Shown piece after piece: positions 1 through 9,295 of a stretch of 64,000 nt of DNA (position 1 is the first letter of the stretch; every line of letters begins with the position of its first letter). Position numbers and translations under genes: made by a program. Location of the stretch: NCBI GenBank assembly GCA_049515895.1, contig JBEKTQ010000005.1, positions 64,001 through 128,000 on the forward strand, written 5' to 3'. The DNA is from Candidatus Bathyarchaeia archaeon (GTDB lineage Archaea; Thermoproteota; Bathyarchaeia; Bathyarchaeales; Bathycorpusculaceae). Below the pieces are notes generated by a model that had not been told where the DNA came from, did no database searches, and worked only from the letters and a program-made list of their open reading frames with translations.

Positions 1-2826
1 GGCACGTTTGTACTGGTCAGCAGTTACGTCCGCGGCTTTTTCGACACTTTTCGCGGTAAGCTTCCCCTTTGCAAAGTTCTGTTTAAGCTGGTTCAACAAA
101 ATCGGCGTAAGTTGATTCTCGACTTTTTTCAGTTGCTTTTTGATTTCTTCGGTCGATGCAACTTCTCCTTTTTCTTGACCGATTCTTATTTGGTCAATGA
201 GGCGGCTAACGTTTACGGCTTTTCCATGATCGCTTTTTGCAGGGTCAACTCCGTCTTCTCCATATCGGAACTGAATGATATCGCCTGCCGAATCGCGGAC
301 TGTACTGTCGTATTCAAGGCGTATGTGTTCAAGTGCGTTAATTAGCCTACGTTGCATGTAACCGCTTTGTTGTGTGCGGACGGCTGTATCGACTAGTCCT
401 TCTCTGCCGCCCATAGCGTGGAAGAAGAATTCAATCGCGTCCAAGCCGGTCTGGTATGAATTGTAGACGAAGCCTCGGGCTCTTGGAAGAGGATCGTTCG
501 CCTTAAAGTGTGGCAGTGCCCGTCCTTGGTAGCCTCTTAAGATACGTTTGCCTCGCACTGACTGTTGGCCAACGCAAGCTGCCATCTGTCCAATGTTTAA
601 GCTTGAGCCTCTCGCGCCTGTTCGGGTCATGACAATGCCAGCGTTTTCCAATGTAAAGTCCTCATCTGCTATTTTGCCTGATTCATCTCTGGCTACGGCA
701 AGCTCATGCATTACGTAGATTTCAAAGGATTCCTCTAAGGTTTGACCTGGCAAGCGTGGAAGGGTACCGTTTTGGAAGTTTTGGATGTGTTCATCGATTT
801 TCTTTTGAATGCGTTCCATAGTTTTTGCCATACGGTTGCGGGCTTTGGGTGAAAGAACGAGTTGTTCGTAAGTGTAACTGAAGCCTCGCATTGAAATGTA
901 TAGTTTTAGCAGGTGTGTAATGTTGTTGAGGAATTGTCTTCCTGCTTGGGTGCCGTAATCCTTGATTATTCTGTGAAGCAAGCTTTCGGACTGCTCTGCA
1001 CCTATTGAACGCCTGTCGATGATTCCTGAAACCAACTGCCCGTTTCTCACAACGACATAGGCGTCGTGCTTGCATTCTTCCTCTTCGCATTTACTGCATC
1101 CCTGGCAAATGTTGGCTTTCAAAACGTAATTCAACGTTTTGGGCAGGAAAAGGCTGAAGATTTGTTTGCCTGACCACATGGGTTGGGGTTCCATTATTTC
1201 TGGTTCAGGAAGTTCCCCTGTGTAGCCTGTTGTCGTGAGCAGCCTGTCGACTTGTTCCCTAGGCATATAGTTGCCTTTTCTTGTGAAGTAATATGCGCTT
1301 GTGATGAAGTCTCTGATGGCCCCGATAATAGGTCCGCCGAATCTAGGTGAAAGGATTTGGTCTTGAACCTGCATCAAAAGCAGCGCTTCTGTGCGGGCTT
1401 CTTCGCTTTGTGGAACGTGAAGGTTCATTTCGTCTCCGTCAAAGTCAGCGTTGTAAGGAGGGCAAACACACAGGTGAAGCCGGAAAGTCTTGTAGGGTAA
1501 AACCCGAACGTAATGAGCCATGATTGACATGCGGTGAAGCGAAGGCTGCCGATTGAAGATTGCGATGTCCCCGTTTTTAAGGTGCCTTTCAACCACGAAG
1601 CCTAGCTCGACTGCTTCGGCGATTTTTGTTCGGTCAACGACAAACTCCAATCTTATGCGTTTGCCGTCTGGCCTGATAATATATAGAGCGCCAGGATAAG
1701 TTTCTGGACCGTTAACGACAAGTTTCTTCATTTCCTCGATGTTCCAAGCTGTGACTTTTTCCGGAACAGAAAGGCGCATGGCAACGTCAACAGGTACACC
1801 GACCTCGTTAATGTCAAGGTTGGGGTCTGGAGATATTACTGTTCGAGCGGAAAAGTCAACTCGTTTGCCTGAAAGGTTGCTTCTGAAACGTCCTTCTTTG
1901 CCTTTGAGCCGTTGCGAGAGAGTTTTCAATGCTCTACCGCTTCGATGTCTCGCCGGGGGAATGCCGGATGCTTCATTGTTAAAGTATGTCGTAACGTGGT
2001 ACTGCAGCAGTTCAGAGAGGTCCTGAATGATAAGTGTAGGTGCACCAGCCTCCATGTTTTCTTTCAGACGCTGGTTAATTCGGATGATGTCTACGAGTTT
2101 GTGGGTCAAATCATCTTCAGAACGAATGCCCGATTCAAGCGTGATTGATGGGCGAACGTAAACTGGCGGTACAGGCAAAACCTGCAGAACCATCCATTCC
2201 GGACGAGCGACTTTCGGGTTGAAGCCTAAGACCTCAAGGTCTTCATCCGAAATACGTTCAAGCCTTTCCCTAATCATGCTTGGAGTAAGAGGCTCAGAGC
2301 CAGCTTCAGTCTGTTCAATAAACTTTGTCGGCTTCTCAAAAGTAATCTTAAATTGAGCCGAAGCACAATAAGGGCACTGTTTAGCTTTTATTTCCGTCAT
2401 GATTTCCTTGTAGGTTTCATCAGGGATGGTTCCCAAGAGATCGTTGAGCCGTTCAATACGCTGTCGGGCCTTCTTTGCAGCGTCTTCGGTTAATAGTATT
2501 CGACCGCAGCTACGGCAGGTTGATTTTAAAAGGTCAAAGATGATTTTGGTGAATTCGATGTGTACTATTGGGACTGCAAGTTCGATGTGTCCAAAGTGTC
2601 CGGGGCATCGGATGGCTGTGTTGCCGCAGGTTTTGCAGCGTTGCCTTGGTTCAAGCGTGCCGAGTCTGCCGTCCATTAGTCCAGCGGTGATTGGAGCCCC
2701 GTCTTCATCGTAGGTGTCTGGAGTTTGGATTTCAACAACCGACTGTTTTCGCAGATCTTTAGGTGAAATTAAGCCGAATGAGATTTCGTCCACTATTTTG
2801 TGAATTAATTCTTCCTGTTGTGACAT
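1..2826 (-). CDS. rpoA1: DNA-directed RNA polymerase largest subunit, A' fused in frame to A'' (3' end outside window)
   Basis: Absent from the ORF track because it has no stop in the window. Translated by hand at both ends and around the active site, all in the same frame: ATG 2826 MSQQEELIHKIVDEISFGLISP..., CKTC...CPGHFGH zinc motif, NADFDGD at 1432-1452, GLVDTAVRTQQSGYMQRRL, then past GKAVNVSRLI into an A''-like N-terminus ending ...ADQYKRA at base 1. Confidence 0.96.
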   Translation of the reverse strand, partial: MSQQEELIHKIVDEISFGLISPKDLRKQSVVEIQTPDTYDEDGAPITAGLMDGRLGTLEPRQRCKTCGNTAIRCPGHFGHIELAVPIVHIEFTKIIFDLLKSTCRSCGRILLTEDAAKKARQRIERLNDLLGTIPDETYKEIMTEIKAKQCPYCASAQFKITFEKPTKFIEQTEAGSEPLTPSMIRERLERISDEDLEVLGFNPKVARPEWMVLQVLPVPPVYVRPSITLESGIRSEDDLTHKLVDIIRINQRLKENMEAGAPTLIIQDLSELLQYHVTTYFNNEASGIPPARHRSGRALKTLSQRLKGKEGRFRSNLSGKRVDFSARTVISPDPNLDINEVGVPVDVAMRLSVPEKVTAWNIEEMKKLVVNGPETYPGALYIIRPDGKRIRLEFVVDRTKIAEAVELGFVVERHLKNGDIAIFNRQPSLHRMSIMAHYVRVLPYKTFRLHLCVCPPYNADFDGDEMNLHVPQSEEARTEALLLMQVQDQILSPRFGGPIIGAIRDFITSAYYFTRKGNYMPREQVDRLLTTTGYTGELPEPEIMEPQPMWSGKQIFSLFLPKTLNYVLKANICQGCSKCEEEECKHDAYVVVRNGQLVSGIIDRRSIGAEQSESLLHRIIKDYGTQAGRQFLNNITHLLKLYISMRGFSYTYEQLVLSPKARNRMAKTMERIQKKIDEHIQNFQNGTLPRLPGQTLEESFEIYVMHELAVARDESGKIADEDFTLENAGIVMTRTGARGSSLNIGQMAACVGQQSVRGKRILRGYQGRALPHFKANDPLPRARGFVYNSYQTGLDAIEFFFHAMGGREGLVDTAVRTQQSGYMQRRLINALEHIRLEYDSTVRDSAGDIIQFRYGEDGVDPAKSDHGKAVNVSRLIDQIRIGQEKGEVASTEEIKKQLKKVENQLTPILLNQLKQNFAKGKLTAKSVEKAADVTADQYKRA

Positions 2827-2828
2827 GA

Positions 2829-5800
2829 TTATGCTTTCTCCTTAAGCCTCAATTTAGGCGTAATACACAAGCTCTGAAGCTCCTGCAAGAGAAGCTTGAA
2901 AGCGTATGAGACAATAACTGGTGAAATCTTTGCTTTCTCGTCGCATATCCTGCAGACGTAGCGTCTCTGTTTCATGTCGAAGTAAGCGATTTGTCCGCAG
3001 TTCTCACATATGTACAGCGTATATTTGTCTGATTCTTCCAGCAGCCTGTCTCTGAGTAGCATGGCAGCGCCGTGTCCTATGAGGCAGTCTCGTTCCATTT
3101 CTCCGAATCTTAAGCCTCCGCCTCTGGCTCTGCCTTCAGTTGGCTGTCTTGTCAGCATTTGGACCTGACCACGTGCTCTGGCATGGATTTTGTCGGCGAC
3201 CATGTGGTGTAGTTTTTGGTAGTAAACGACGCCCACGAAAACGTCTGCGACGAATTTCTCGCCGGTGGTGCCGTTGTAGAAGACTTCTCCGCCTGTGTGG
3301 CTGAAACCTAATTTTACGAGACTCTTGCGTACTTCGTCTGGTCCTTCATTGCTAAATGGTGTGCCGTCTGCGGGTCTGCCTCTTGCTGATGCTGCTTTTC
3401 CAGCGAGTGATTCAATGAATTGGCCGATGGTCATTCTTGAGGGGATGGCGTGCGGGTTGATTATGAGGTCTGGAACGATGCCTTCAGCGGTGAAGGGCAA
3501 ATCTTCCTGCGGGACAATTAAGCCTATGACTCCTTTCTGTCCGTGTCGTGAAGCGAATTTGTCTCCAAGTTCGGGAACACGTTGATCGCGAACTCTTACT
3601 TTCACAAGTTGGCTGCCCTCACCTGACATTGTTATGAATATGCCGTCTACGATTCCTGTTTCGGAGGGGCGCATGTCAACGGATGTGTCACGCATCGATG
3701 GTCCTTTTACTTCGAATTCCTTGTATTCTTCAAGGAATCTTGGAGGGCTGATTCTTCCAATTAGCACATCTCCGCCGACAACTTGCGATTCAAGGCTGAT
3801 TATCCCGTCGGGCTCCAGAAGCCTGTAATACTGCTCGCCTCGGTAGCCTCGAGTTCCTGGTTCTGGAACAGTAAACTTATCCTTTAAACCTCCGAGGTAC
3901 TGACGGCATTCAGCTTCATAGATGCGGTAGAATGTGGATCTGGCTAAACCTCGTTCGATGGATGCTTTGTTGAAAATTAATGCGTCTTCCATGTTGTAGC
4001 CTTCGAAGCTTAGCACGGCGACGACGCAGTTTTGTCCTGTTGGGCGCTGTTTGTAACCCATGACTTCCATTAGTTCGGTTTCAACCATTGGAACCTGCGG
4101 GTAATGAAGTATGTGTGATCGCGAGTCGACACGGTGATGGAAGTTTGTGCCGTAAACTCCAAGAGCTTGTTTGGCCATGGCTGCTTGGTACGAGTTGCGT
4201 GGTGACTGGTTGTGTTCTGGATAGGGAATTGTCGAGGCGCATATGCCTAGAATCGTATAGGTGGCTATTTCCACGTGGGTGTTTTCGGGTTGAATTTGGT
4301 CAAAGGAAAGGGCAATGTAAGCATTTTCTTCTTCTTCAGCATCCAGATACTCGATCAGACCGTTTTTGACTAGGTCTTCCCAGGTCCACTCGCCTAAACC
4401 GATTTTTTCCATATGCTTGGGCTGAAGTTTAGGAATCCCGTTTTCAACAATTATAAGCGGACGCCTGACTCTGCCTTCGTCGCAGTTAGCGTGCAGTTCT
4501 TCGTTTTCAGTCTGTATCTTGGTGAAGTATGTTATGTTAGCTTCGGTTGAGATTTCGCCTGTTCTTCTTTTTTCTCGGAAAGACTTCACTATCTCGGCTG
4601 CATTGTTGCAGTAGCCAATGATGTTTCCGTCAACGAAAACTTTGGCTCCCGCAATGCGTAATTCGGTAGAGGATTCCGCGGCTGGAACGGTGCCCATTTC
4701 GAATAGTAATTGTTTAACTCTGTCTGGATTTACGCCTACTGCGATCGAGGCTGATAAGGCTAAGTTTTTGACGAGACCACAGTTAGAGCCTTCAGGGGTT
4801 TCGTTTGGGCATAAGCGTCCCCAGTGGGTTGGATGCAGGTCTCTAGCTTCGAAGTTAGGTTGGCTTCTGCTCAATGGTGATTGAAGCCTGCGTAAATGGC
4901 TCAACGTTGAAATGTAGTTTGTTCGGTCAAGCAGCTGGGTGATGCCGACTCTGCCTCTTCCCCAGTTGCCCGTTGCCAAAGCATGCTGGAATCGTTCTGT
5001 GATAATTCCTGGGCGAACGGCGGCGGAAACAGTTATGATTGGGCCTTTAACGCCTATGCGTTCAAGCTGGTACTTTATGTCTCTGGTTAAGTTTCTGAAT
5101 GATACGCGGAAGAGGTCTGCTAGAAGTGGACCACCGAGGCGAAGTCGCTTGTTCTTGAAGTGGTCTTTATCGTCAGGTTGCCTTCTCCCTGTTTTCAACT
5201 GTAAAACGCGGTAAGCCATTTCGCCGAGAAATATTGCCTTTTCCTTGCGGTTCTTTTCGCTTCTGCCAAGGTGTGGCAAAAAGTTTTTGTCAAGAGCTGT
5301 TTCAGCTTTTTGTAGTCTGTATTCTTCAACCTGGCCGTGTGCTACACGATTGCCGATGAACAGAACTGCATCGGCTGGCGTGTCGACCCCGATGGCTTTT
5401 TCAAATGAAGCTGCAAGTTGGCTTTGCATTTCGCTGTCAAGTGAAACTGCTTCTGCAATTTCCTTGTCTTTTTCCAAGCTGAGCGCGCGCATGATGACGA
5501 CGAAGGGGATTTCGGTAGGAACTCCAGGCATGGTGACGTAGATTGCGTCGTCTGATTTGAGTTTAAGCTCGATTCTTGCTCTGAAACCTACGGTTGTTGA
5601 GAAAATTTTTGCTTGATAAACGGGGGAGGTTCCTTTTTCATCTATGTCCACGATCACGCGGTTAGGAGCTAGATCTTCCATGGCGACGATGACGCGTTCG
5701 GAGCCGTTAACGATGAAGTATCCCCCTTGATCGTCGGGGTCTTCTCCTGCCGCTATAAGCTCTTCGCGAGAAAGTTGGGACAAGAAGCAAAGCTTAGACT

Positions 5801-6197
5801 TAAGCATGACAGGGATGTTGCCGATGTAAACCAGTTCAGTGTCCTGTTCTCTACCATCGATAACTGGAGTCATTTCCAGCGCAATCGGAGCCGAGTAAGC
5901 CAAGTTTCTTAGTCGGGCTTCCATTGGGTAAATTTCATGTTTTGTTCCATCGACCTCGGTCACATATGGACCGGTAATTCTTGATTGAGGGTCAATTACC
6001 CATATTTGCCCCAGTTTGACCTTGTAGGGGCTTTCTGGAACTTCAATGGGGATTTCACCGACTTCATCTGTGACTTCTTGCAAGCCGTGGTCGATGAATT
6101 CGTTATAGCTGTCAAGGTGCTGCCTGACAAGGCCTTTCTCTTTGAAAAAAGTTTTCAATAAATCATGGATATCTTCTTTCTGGATAGTTGCGGTCAA
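2829..6197 (-). CDS. rpoB: DNA-directed RNA polymerase subunit B (unsplit)
   Basis: 1122 aa. Motifs GYFIVNGSERV, GDKFASRHGQKG, RFGEMERD and a C-terminal CxxC..CxxC. TTG start with GGAG upstream. Confidence 0.99.
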   Translation of the reverse strand: MTATIQKEDIHDLLKTFFKEKGLVRQHLDSYNEFIDHGLQEVTDEVGEIPIEVPESPYKVKLGQIWVIDPQSRITGPYVTEVDGTKHEIYPMEARLRNLAYSAPIALEMTPVIDGREQDTELVYIGNIPVMLKSKLCFLSQLSREELIAAGEDPDDQGGYFIVNGSERVIVAMEDLAPNRVIVDIDEKGTSPVYQAKIFSTTVGFRARIELKLKSDDAIYVTMPGVPTEIPFVVIMRALSLEKDKEIAEAVSLDSEMQSQLAASFEKAIGVDTPADAVLFIGNRVAHGQVEEYRLQKAETALDKNFLPHLGRSEKNRKEKAIFLGEMAYRVLQLKTGRRQPDDKDHFKNKRLRLGGPLLADLFRVSFRNLTRDIKYQLERIGVKGPIITVSAAVRPGIITERFQHALATGNWGRGRVGITQLLDRTNYISTLSHLRRLQSPLSRSQPNFEARDLHPTHWGRLCPNETPEGSNCGLVKNLALSASIAVGVNPDRVKQLLFEMGTVPAAESSTELRIAGAKVFVDGNIIGYCNNAAEIVKSFREKRRTGEISTEANITYFTKIQTENEELHANCDEGRVRRPLIIVENGIPKLQPKHMEKIGLGEWTWEDLVKNGLIEYLDAEEEENAYIALSFDQIQPENTHVEIATYTILGICASTIPYPEHNQSPRNSYQAAMAKQALGVYGTNFHHRVDSRSHILHYPQVPMVETELMEVMGYKQRPTGQNCVVAVLSFEGYNMEDALIFNKASIERGLARSTFYRIYEAECRQYLGGLKDKFTVPEPGTRGYRGEQYYRLLEPDGIISLESQVVGGDVLIGRISPPRFLEEYKEFEVKGPSMRDTSVDMRPSETGIVDGIFITMSGEGSQLVKVRVRDQRVPELGDKFASRHGQKGVIGLIVPQEDLPFTAEGIVPDLIINPHAIPSRMTIGQFIESLAGKAASARGRPADGTPFSNEGPDEVRKSLVKLGFSHTGGEVFYNGTTGEKFVADVFVGVVYYQKLHHMVADKIHARARGQVQMLTRQPTEGRARGGGLRFGEMERDCLIGHGAAMLLRDRLLEESDKYTLYICENCGQIAYFDMKQRRYVCRICDEKAKISPVIVSYAFKLLLQELQSLCITPKLRLKEKA

Positions 6198-6648
6198 TTC
6201 GACACTTCTCCAATAAGTTTAACATTCTGTGCCATAGTTAGGCGTGTTTTGTTCAAACTTTCAACTCCAAGGATGTAGGGATTATCCAACTTGAAAAAGG
6301 GTTCTCCTAACTTTTCTAAAGGCACAAAGAAGTGCTACGCAGCTTGCTAATAAACCTTGTCGTACATCTTGAACCTAAAATGAAGGACGCCCAGACTTTC
6401 ATAGAGCCATCACAACAATAATTTCTTCTGACCTGCCGTTGCATTAAGCAAATCACAAGAAACGAAAAAAAATCAACTTCAAATTGAAAATCGCCTAAGC
6501 AGACTTTTCTCTTGCAACGGAAAGTTCCAAAGAAACCGAACCGTCATCTAAAGAACGACGATTACTTTCGACAATATGAGCATCCGCGTTTTTGTAACAG
6601 TCATTGTATATTTCTTTCCTTATGACCGAAAGCAAGCTTGAGTCTATT

Positions 6649-6832
6649 TCATATCCCATGCTGTGGTGTTCGTTTCGCATTGCTGCTTTTGTCGTTTTTT
6701 ATCCTTGCGGATTTGCCGTTTGAGAAGAAATGTTTTCCGCATTCTTTGCAATTGTAGACTTGTGTTCCTTTGATTGAACCGTTTTTGACGACTTTTTCTA
6801 AGTTACAATATTTGCAGTTAATCGGTTTTCAC
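6649..6832 (-). pseudogene. Truncated IS transposase N-terminal zinc ribbon (IS6/IS1-like)
   Basis: Manual translation KPINCKYCNLEKVVKNGSIKGTQVYNCKECGKHFFSNGKSAR matches the CxxC-(VVKNG..KG.Q.Y)-CxxC ribbon of archaeal IS transposases. The GTG start is out of frame by one extra A and no DDE domain follows. Confidence 0.6.
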
Positions 6833-6843
6833 GCTCTCGCTGG

Positions 6844-6887
6844 TATACTATAAGATACCCATAGTATAGCTTGTGGTATTATCCACA
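6844..6887. promoter_or_regulatory. Two adjacent palindromes, candidate operators or element end
   Basis: TATACTAT-N9-ATAGTATA (6844-6868) and TGTGG-N6-CCACA (6872-6887), between the divergent IS remnant and wHTH gene. Confidence 0.35.
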
Positions 6888-6966
6888 GGATACCAAAAGA
6901 ATGTAACAAACCGAAAAAGTAAAAGCTACTTCCGCTCACTAATAACGGAGCAAAAGAGGTGATAAA

Positions 6967-7320
6967 ATGGAACGAGATCAAAAACAGATGGATGATATTG
7001 AGGCAATTCTGATTAAGCGTGTTGGAAAAAAGAATGCAATCACAGCACGGGAGATCGCAAATACTGTAGGCATAAAGGACAATGACACATTCATTAACAC
7101 AAGAATGCTTATCAGAAAACTAATGAAAAATAAACAACTTCCGATTGGAGCGTTAGACAATGGTGGTTATTTCATAATTGAAAATGAAAAAGAGTTAAAT
7201 GATTACTCAAAAATGCTTGATAGACGAGCCAATGGTATAGTAACAAGGAAAGCGAGAGCTATAGTGTACTTTGAAAACTACTATAAACAAGATTTCACTG
7301 GGACAGAAGAGGAAATTTAA
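6967..7320 (+). CDS. Winged helix-turn-helix DNA-binding protein, phage/island type
   Basis: 117 aa with a GKKNAITAREIA...IRKL...LPIGA...GGYF pattern. GAGGTGA SD just upstream. Confidence 0.7.
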   Translation: MERDQKQMDDIEAILIKRVGKKNAITAREIANTVGIKDNDTFINTRMLIRKLMKNKQLPIGALDNGGYFIIENEKELNDYSKMLDRRANGIVTRKARAIVYFENYYKQDFTGTEEEI

Positions 7321-7345
7321 ACCTGAAAAAAGTAAGCTTGATTAG

Positions 7346-7507
7346 ACTTGTGAAGTCTGCGGTTCAAAAATGAAAAACAAAGGAGAATCAGCCGACTCAG
7401 CGTACTTGGTCATAGAATGTCCTATCTGTGGAGCCGCATTTTTGCTTTCAAAAGCTATTGTACGCTCTAAGACAGATTGGGAAAAACTTTTTCCCGCATT
7501 TCTATAG
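7346..7507 (+). pseudogene. Start-less small zinc-ribbon reading frame
   Basis: TCEVCGSKMKNKGESADSAYLVIECPICGAAFLLSK: two CxxCG knuckles, preceded directly by an in-frame TAG. Confidence 0.35.
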
Positions 7508-8420
7508 GAGTATTGTTGTAATGTATTTTTTCCTTAATGATATTTAATGTATCATCGATGCTTGGTGATTTAAAACCAATCTCGTAACCTATACTGTTGC
7601 GCCCAAGCTCCAAAGCTACTTTAGTTGTTGTGCCACTTCCTAGAAATGGGTCGAGAACCGTATCTCCTTCGTAAGTAAACATTTGCATCAGACGTTTTGG
7701 CAATTCATCTGGGAAGGTTGCTACATGGTTAACTTGTCTAGCTCCATTAAAACTCCAAATTACGTTAAAATCTTCTCCCTGTGAGTCGCTAAAATTCCAT
7801 ATTCCATTAAACAGCTCTCTCCATTTAGGAAGGTCAATTACTGCTTTTTGTTTTGCCTCTGGTTTTGGTTTAGGTTCAATATCGCCTTTGTTTTTTTTCT
7901 TCTTAAAAATAGCAATATATTCATAATTGTAACTCACGTATCCATTCCTGGGATAACCGTAAGAACCCATAACACTTGCACCCCCACTTGTCTTTGTCGT
8001 AGGAATCTTGTTCCAGATAATACTTCCTAAATAAACCAAATCATCCATGTGGTTTTGCATTATTCTATTCACTATATAGGCGTGTAACGGAATAATTTGG
8101 TACGGCTTGTCTTCGCTACTATTTGCTCTTAAGTATTGGTCACCTATGTTGATGCAAAGTCTACATGCTGGAGCAAGAACTCTTACGCATTCAGACCATA
8201 CATTTCCAAGTTTTTCTAGATAATCTTCCAAATCATCTCTATAACCTATTTGCTTTGGATGCCCATAATCTTTAATGTTCCAGTAAGGGGGAGAAGTAAC
8301 CACAAGGTGAACCGACTTATCGGCTACTTCCTTCATTTCCTGAGAGTCCTGAAAGTATATACGGTGAGATGTATCGAACTTTAATTCTTCAGATCGCCCT
8401 CTATCAGTTTCTTCTAGCAT
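7467..8420 (-). CDS. Site-specific N4-cytosine/N6-adenine DNA methyltransferase (beta class), no cognate endonuclease nearby
   Basis: Catalytic TSPPY precedes H.ATFP and the SAM-binding VLDPFLGSGTT motif. Confidence 0.93.
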   Translation of the reverse strand: MLEETDRGRSEELKFDTSHRIYFQDSQEMKEVADKSVHLVVTSPPYWNIKDYGHPKQIGYRDDLEDYLEKLGNVWSECVRVLAPACRLCINIGDQYLRANSSEDKPYQIIPLHAYIVNRIMQNHMDDLVYLGSIIWNKIPTTKTSGGASVMGSYGYPRNGYVSYNYEYIAIFKKKKNKGDIEPKPKPEAKQKAVIDLPKWRELFNGIWNFSDSQGEDFNVIWSFNGARQVNHVATFPDELPKRLMQMFTYEGDTVLDPFLGSGTTTKVALELGRNSIGYEIGFKSPSIDDTLNIIKEKIHYNNTPIEMREKVFPNLS

Positions 8421-8505
8421 ATTAATTATTGTGATACAATCTAGTAATATGTTTTTCGGAATATGAACAATTAGTAGTCACTAGACCTTATGTGTAAATC
8501 AATTT

Positions 8506-9168
8506 TTAAGTCATGACAAAAGCCTTAACATTATCCTTTTGCCGAGAGACTTTTATCGCCCAGATTTGGCTAAACCATTCGTCACGTTGAGACTTCGTGA
8601 ACACACTACTGTGCCGCTGTGGGTCTTTGGGCGGGAATTTTCGCAGGTTACCCTTTCTAAAGATGAGGACGAATTCGCAGTCAAGCGTAACGTAAGCATT
8701 CGGCAGCAGGAAGCCTGAGCCTAAAAAAGCGCCTTTACCCTTGTATGTCCGCTTTGTCCAGGGCTTCTTCCACAGGATATACGGCAGAGTGGTGAAGCCG
8801 ATTTTTTCGCAAATTTCCATTATTCTGGCATATGGGGAAAGCTGGAATTTGTCGTTAACTGTGCGGGTCGCGTCGCCGATGTTTATGCATGCTATTCCGC
8901 CGTCAACGAGGACGCGGTAAGTTTCGCGCCAAACCTCGCCGAGATAATCATGCATCACATCGTAGATTTGCCCGACAATTTCCCCTTTGTCGTCCGTTTC
9001 CAGTTTTTGCCATAAGACCGCGATTTTTGGGTCCGCTTCGACGAAGAGGGTGTCCCACATTTTATTCATAGGGTTAGGCGGCGAGGTTACCATCAAATGG
9101 ACGATGCCGTCATCTATTTCAGGCATTTGCTGGCTATTGCCCATAATTATTTTGTGCTCAGTATGCAT
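8506..9168 (-). pseudogene. Decayed, C-terminally truncated beta-class DNA methyltransferase
   Basis: The catalytic motif reads TSPPN rather than TSPPY. The ORF ends shortly after WFSQIW, without the DPFxGxG SAM-binding motif. Confidence 0.8.
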
Positions 9169-9295
9169 GCATGTTCCCTACTGTATCGTTGATACAACGC
9201 TTTGACTTTTGCGGTGTGAAAGCGTTAGCAGATTTGATTTAGTGGACAAAACCAAAATAACCCGCAGGCTTAATCTTGTTATAAAGTGTATCAAT

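Noticed and set aside
6495-6680. 61-aa ORF upstream of rpoB as a possible rpoH
   Set aside because: No RpoH motifs (HxLVPKH, DP, TAG); it overlaps the transposase remnant.
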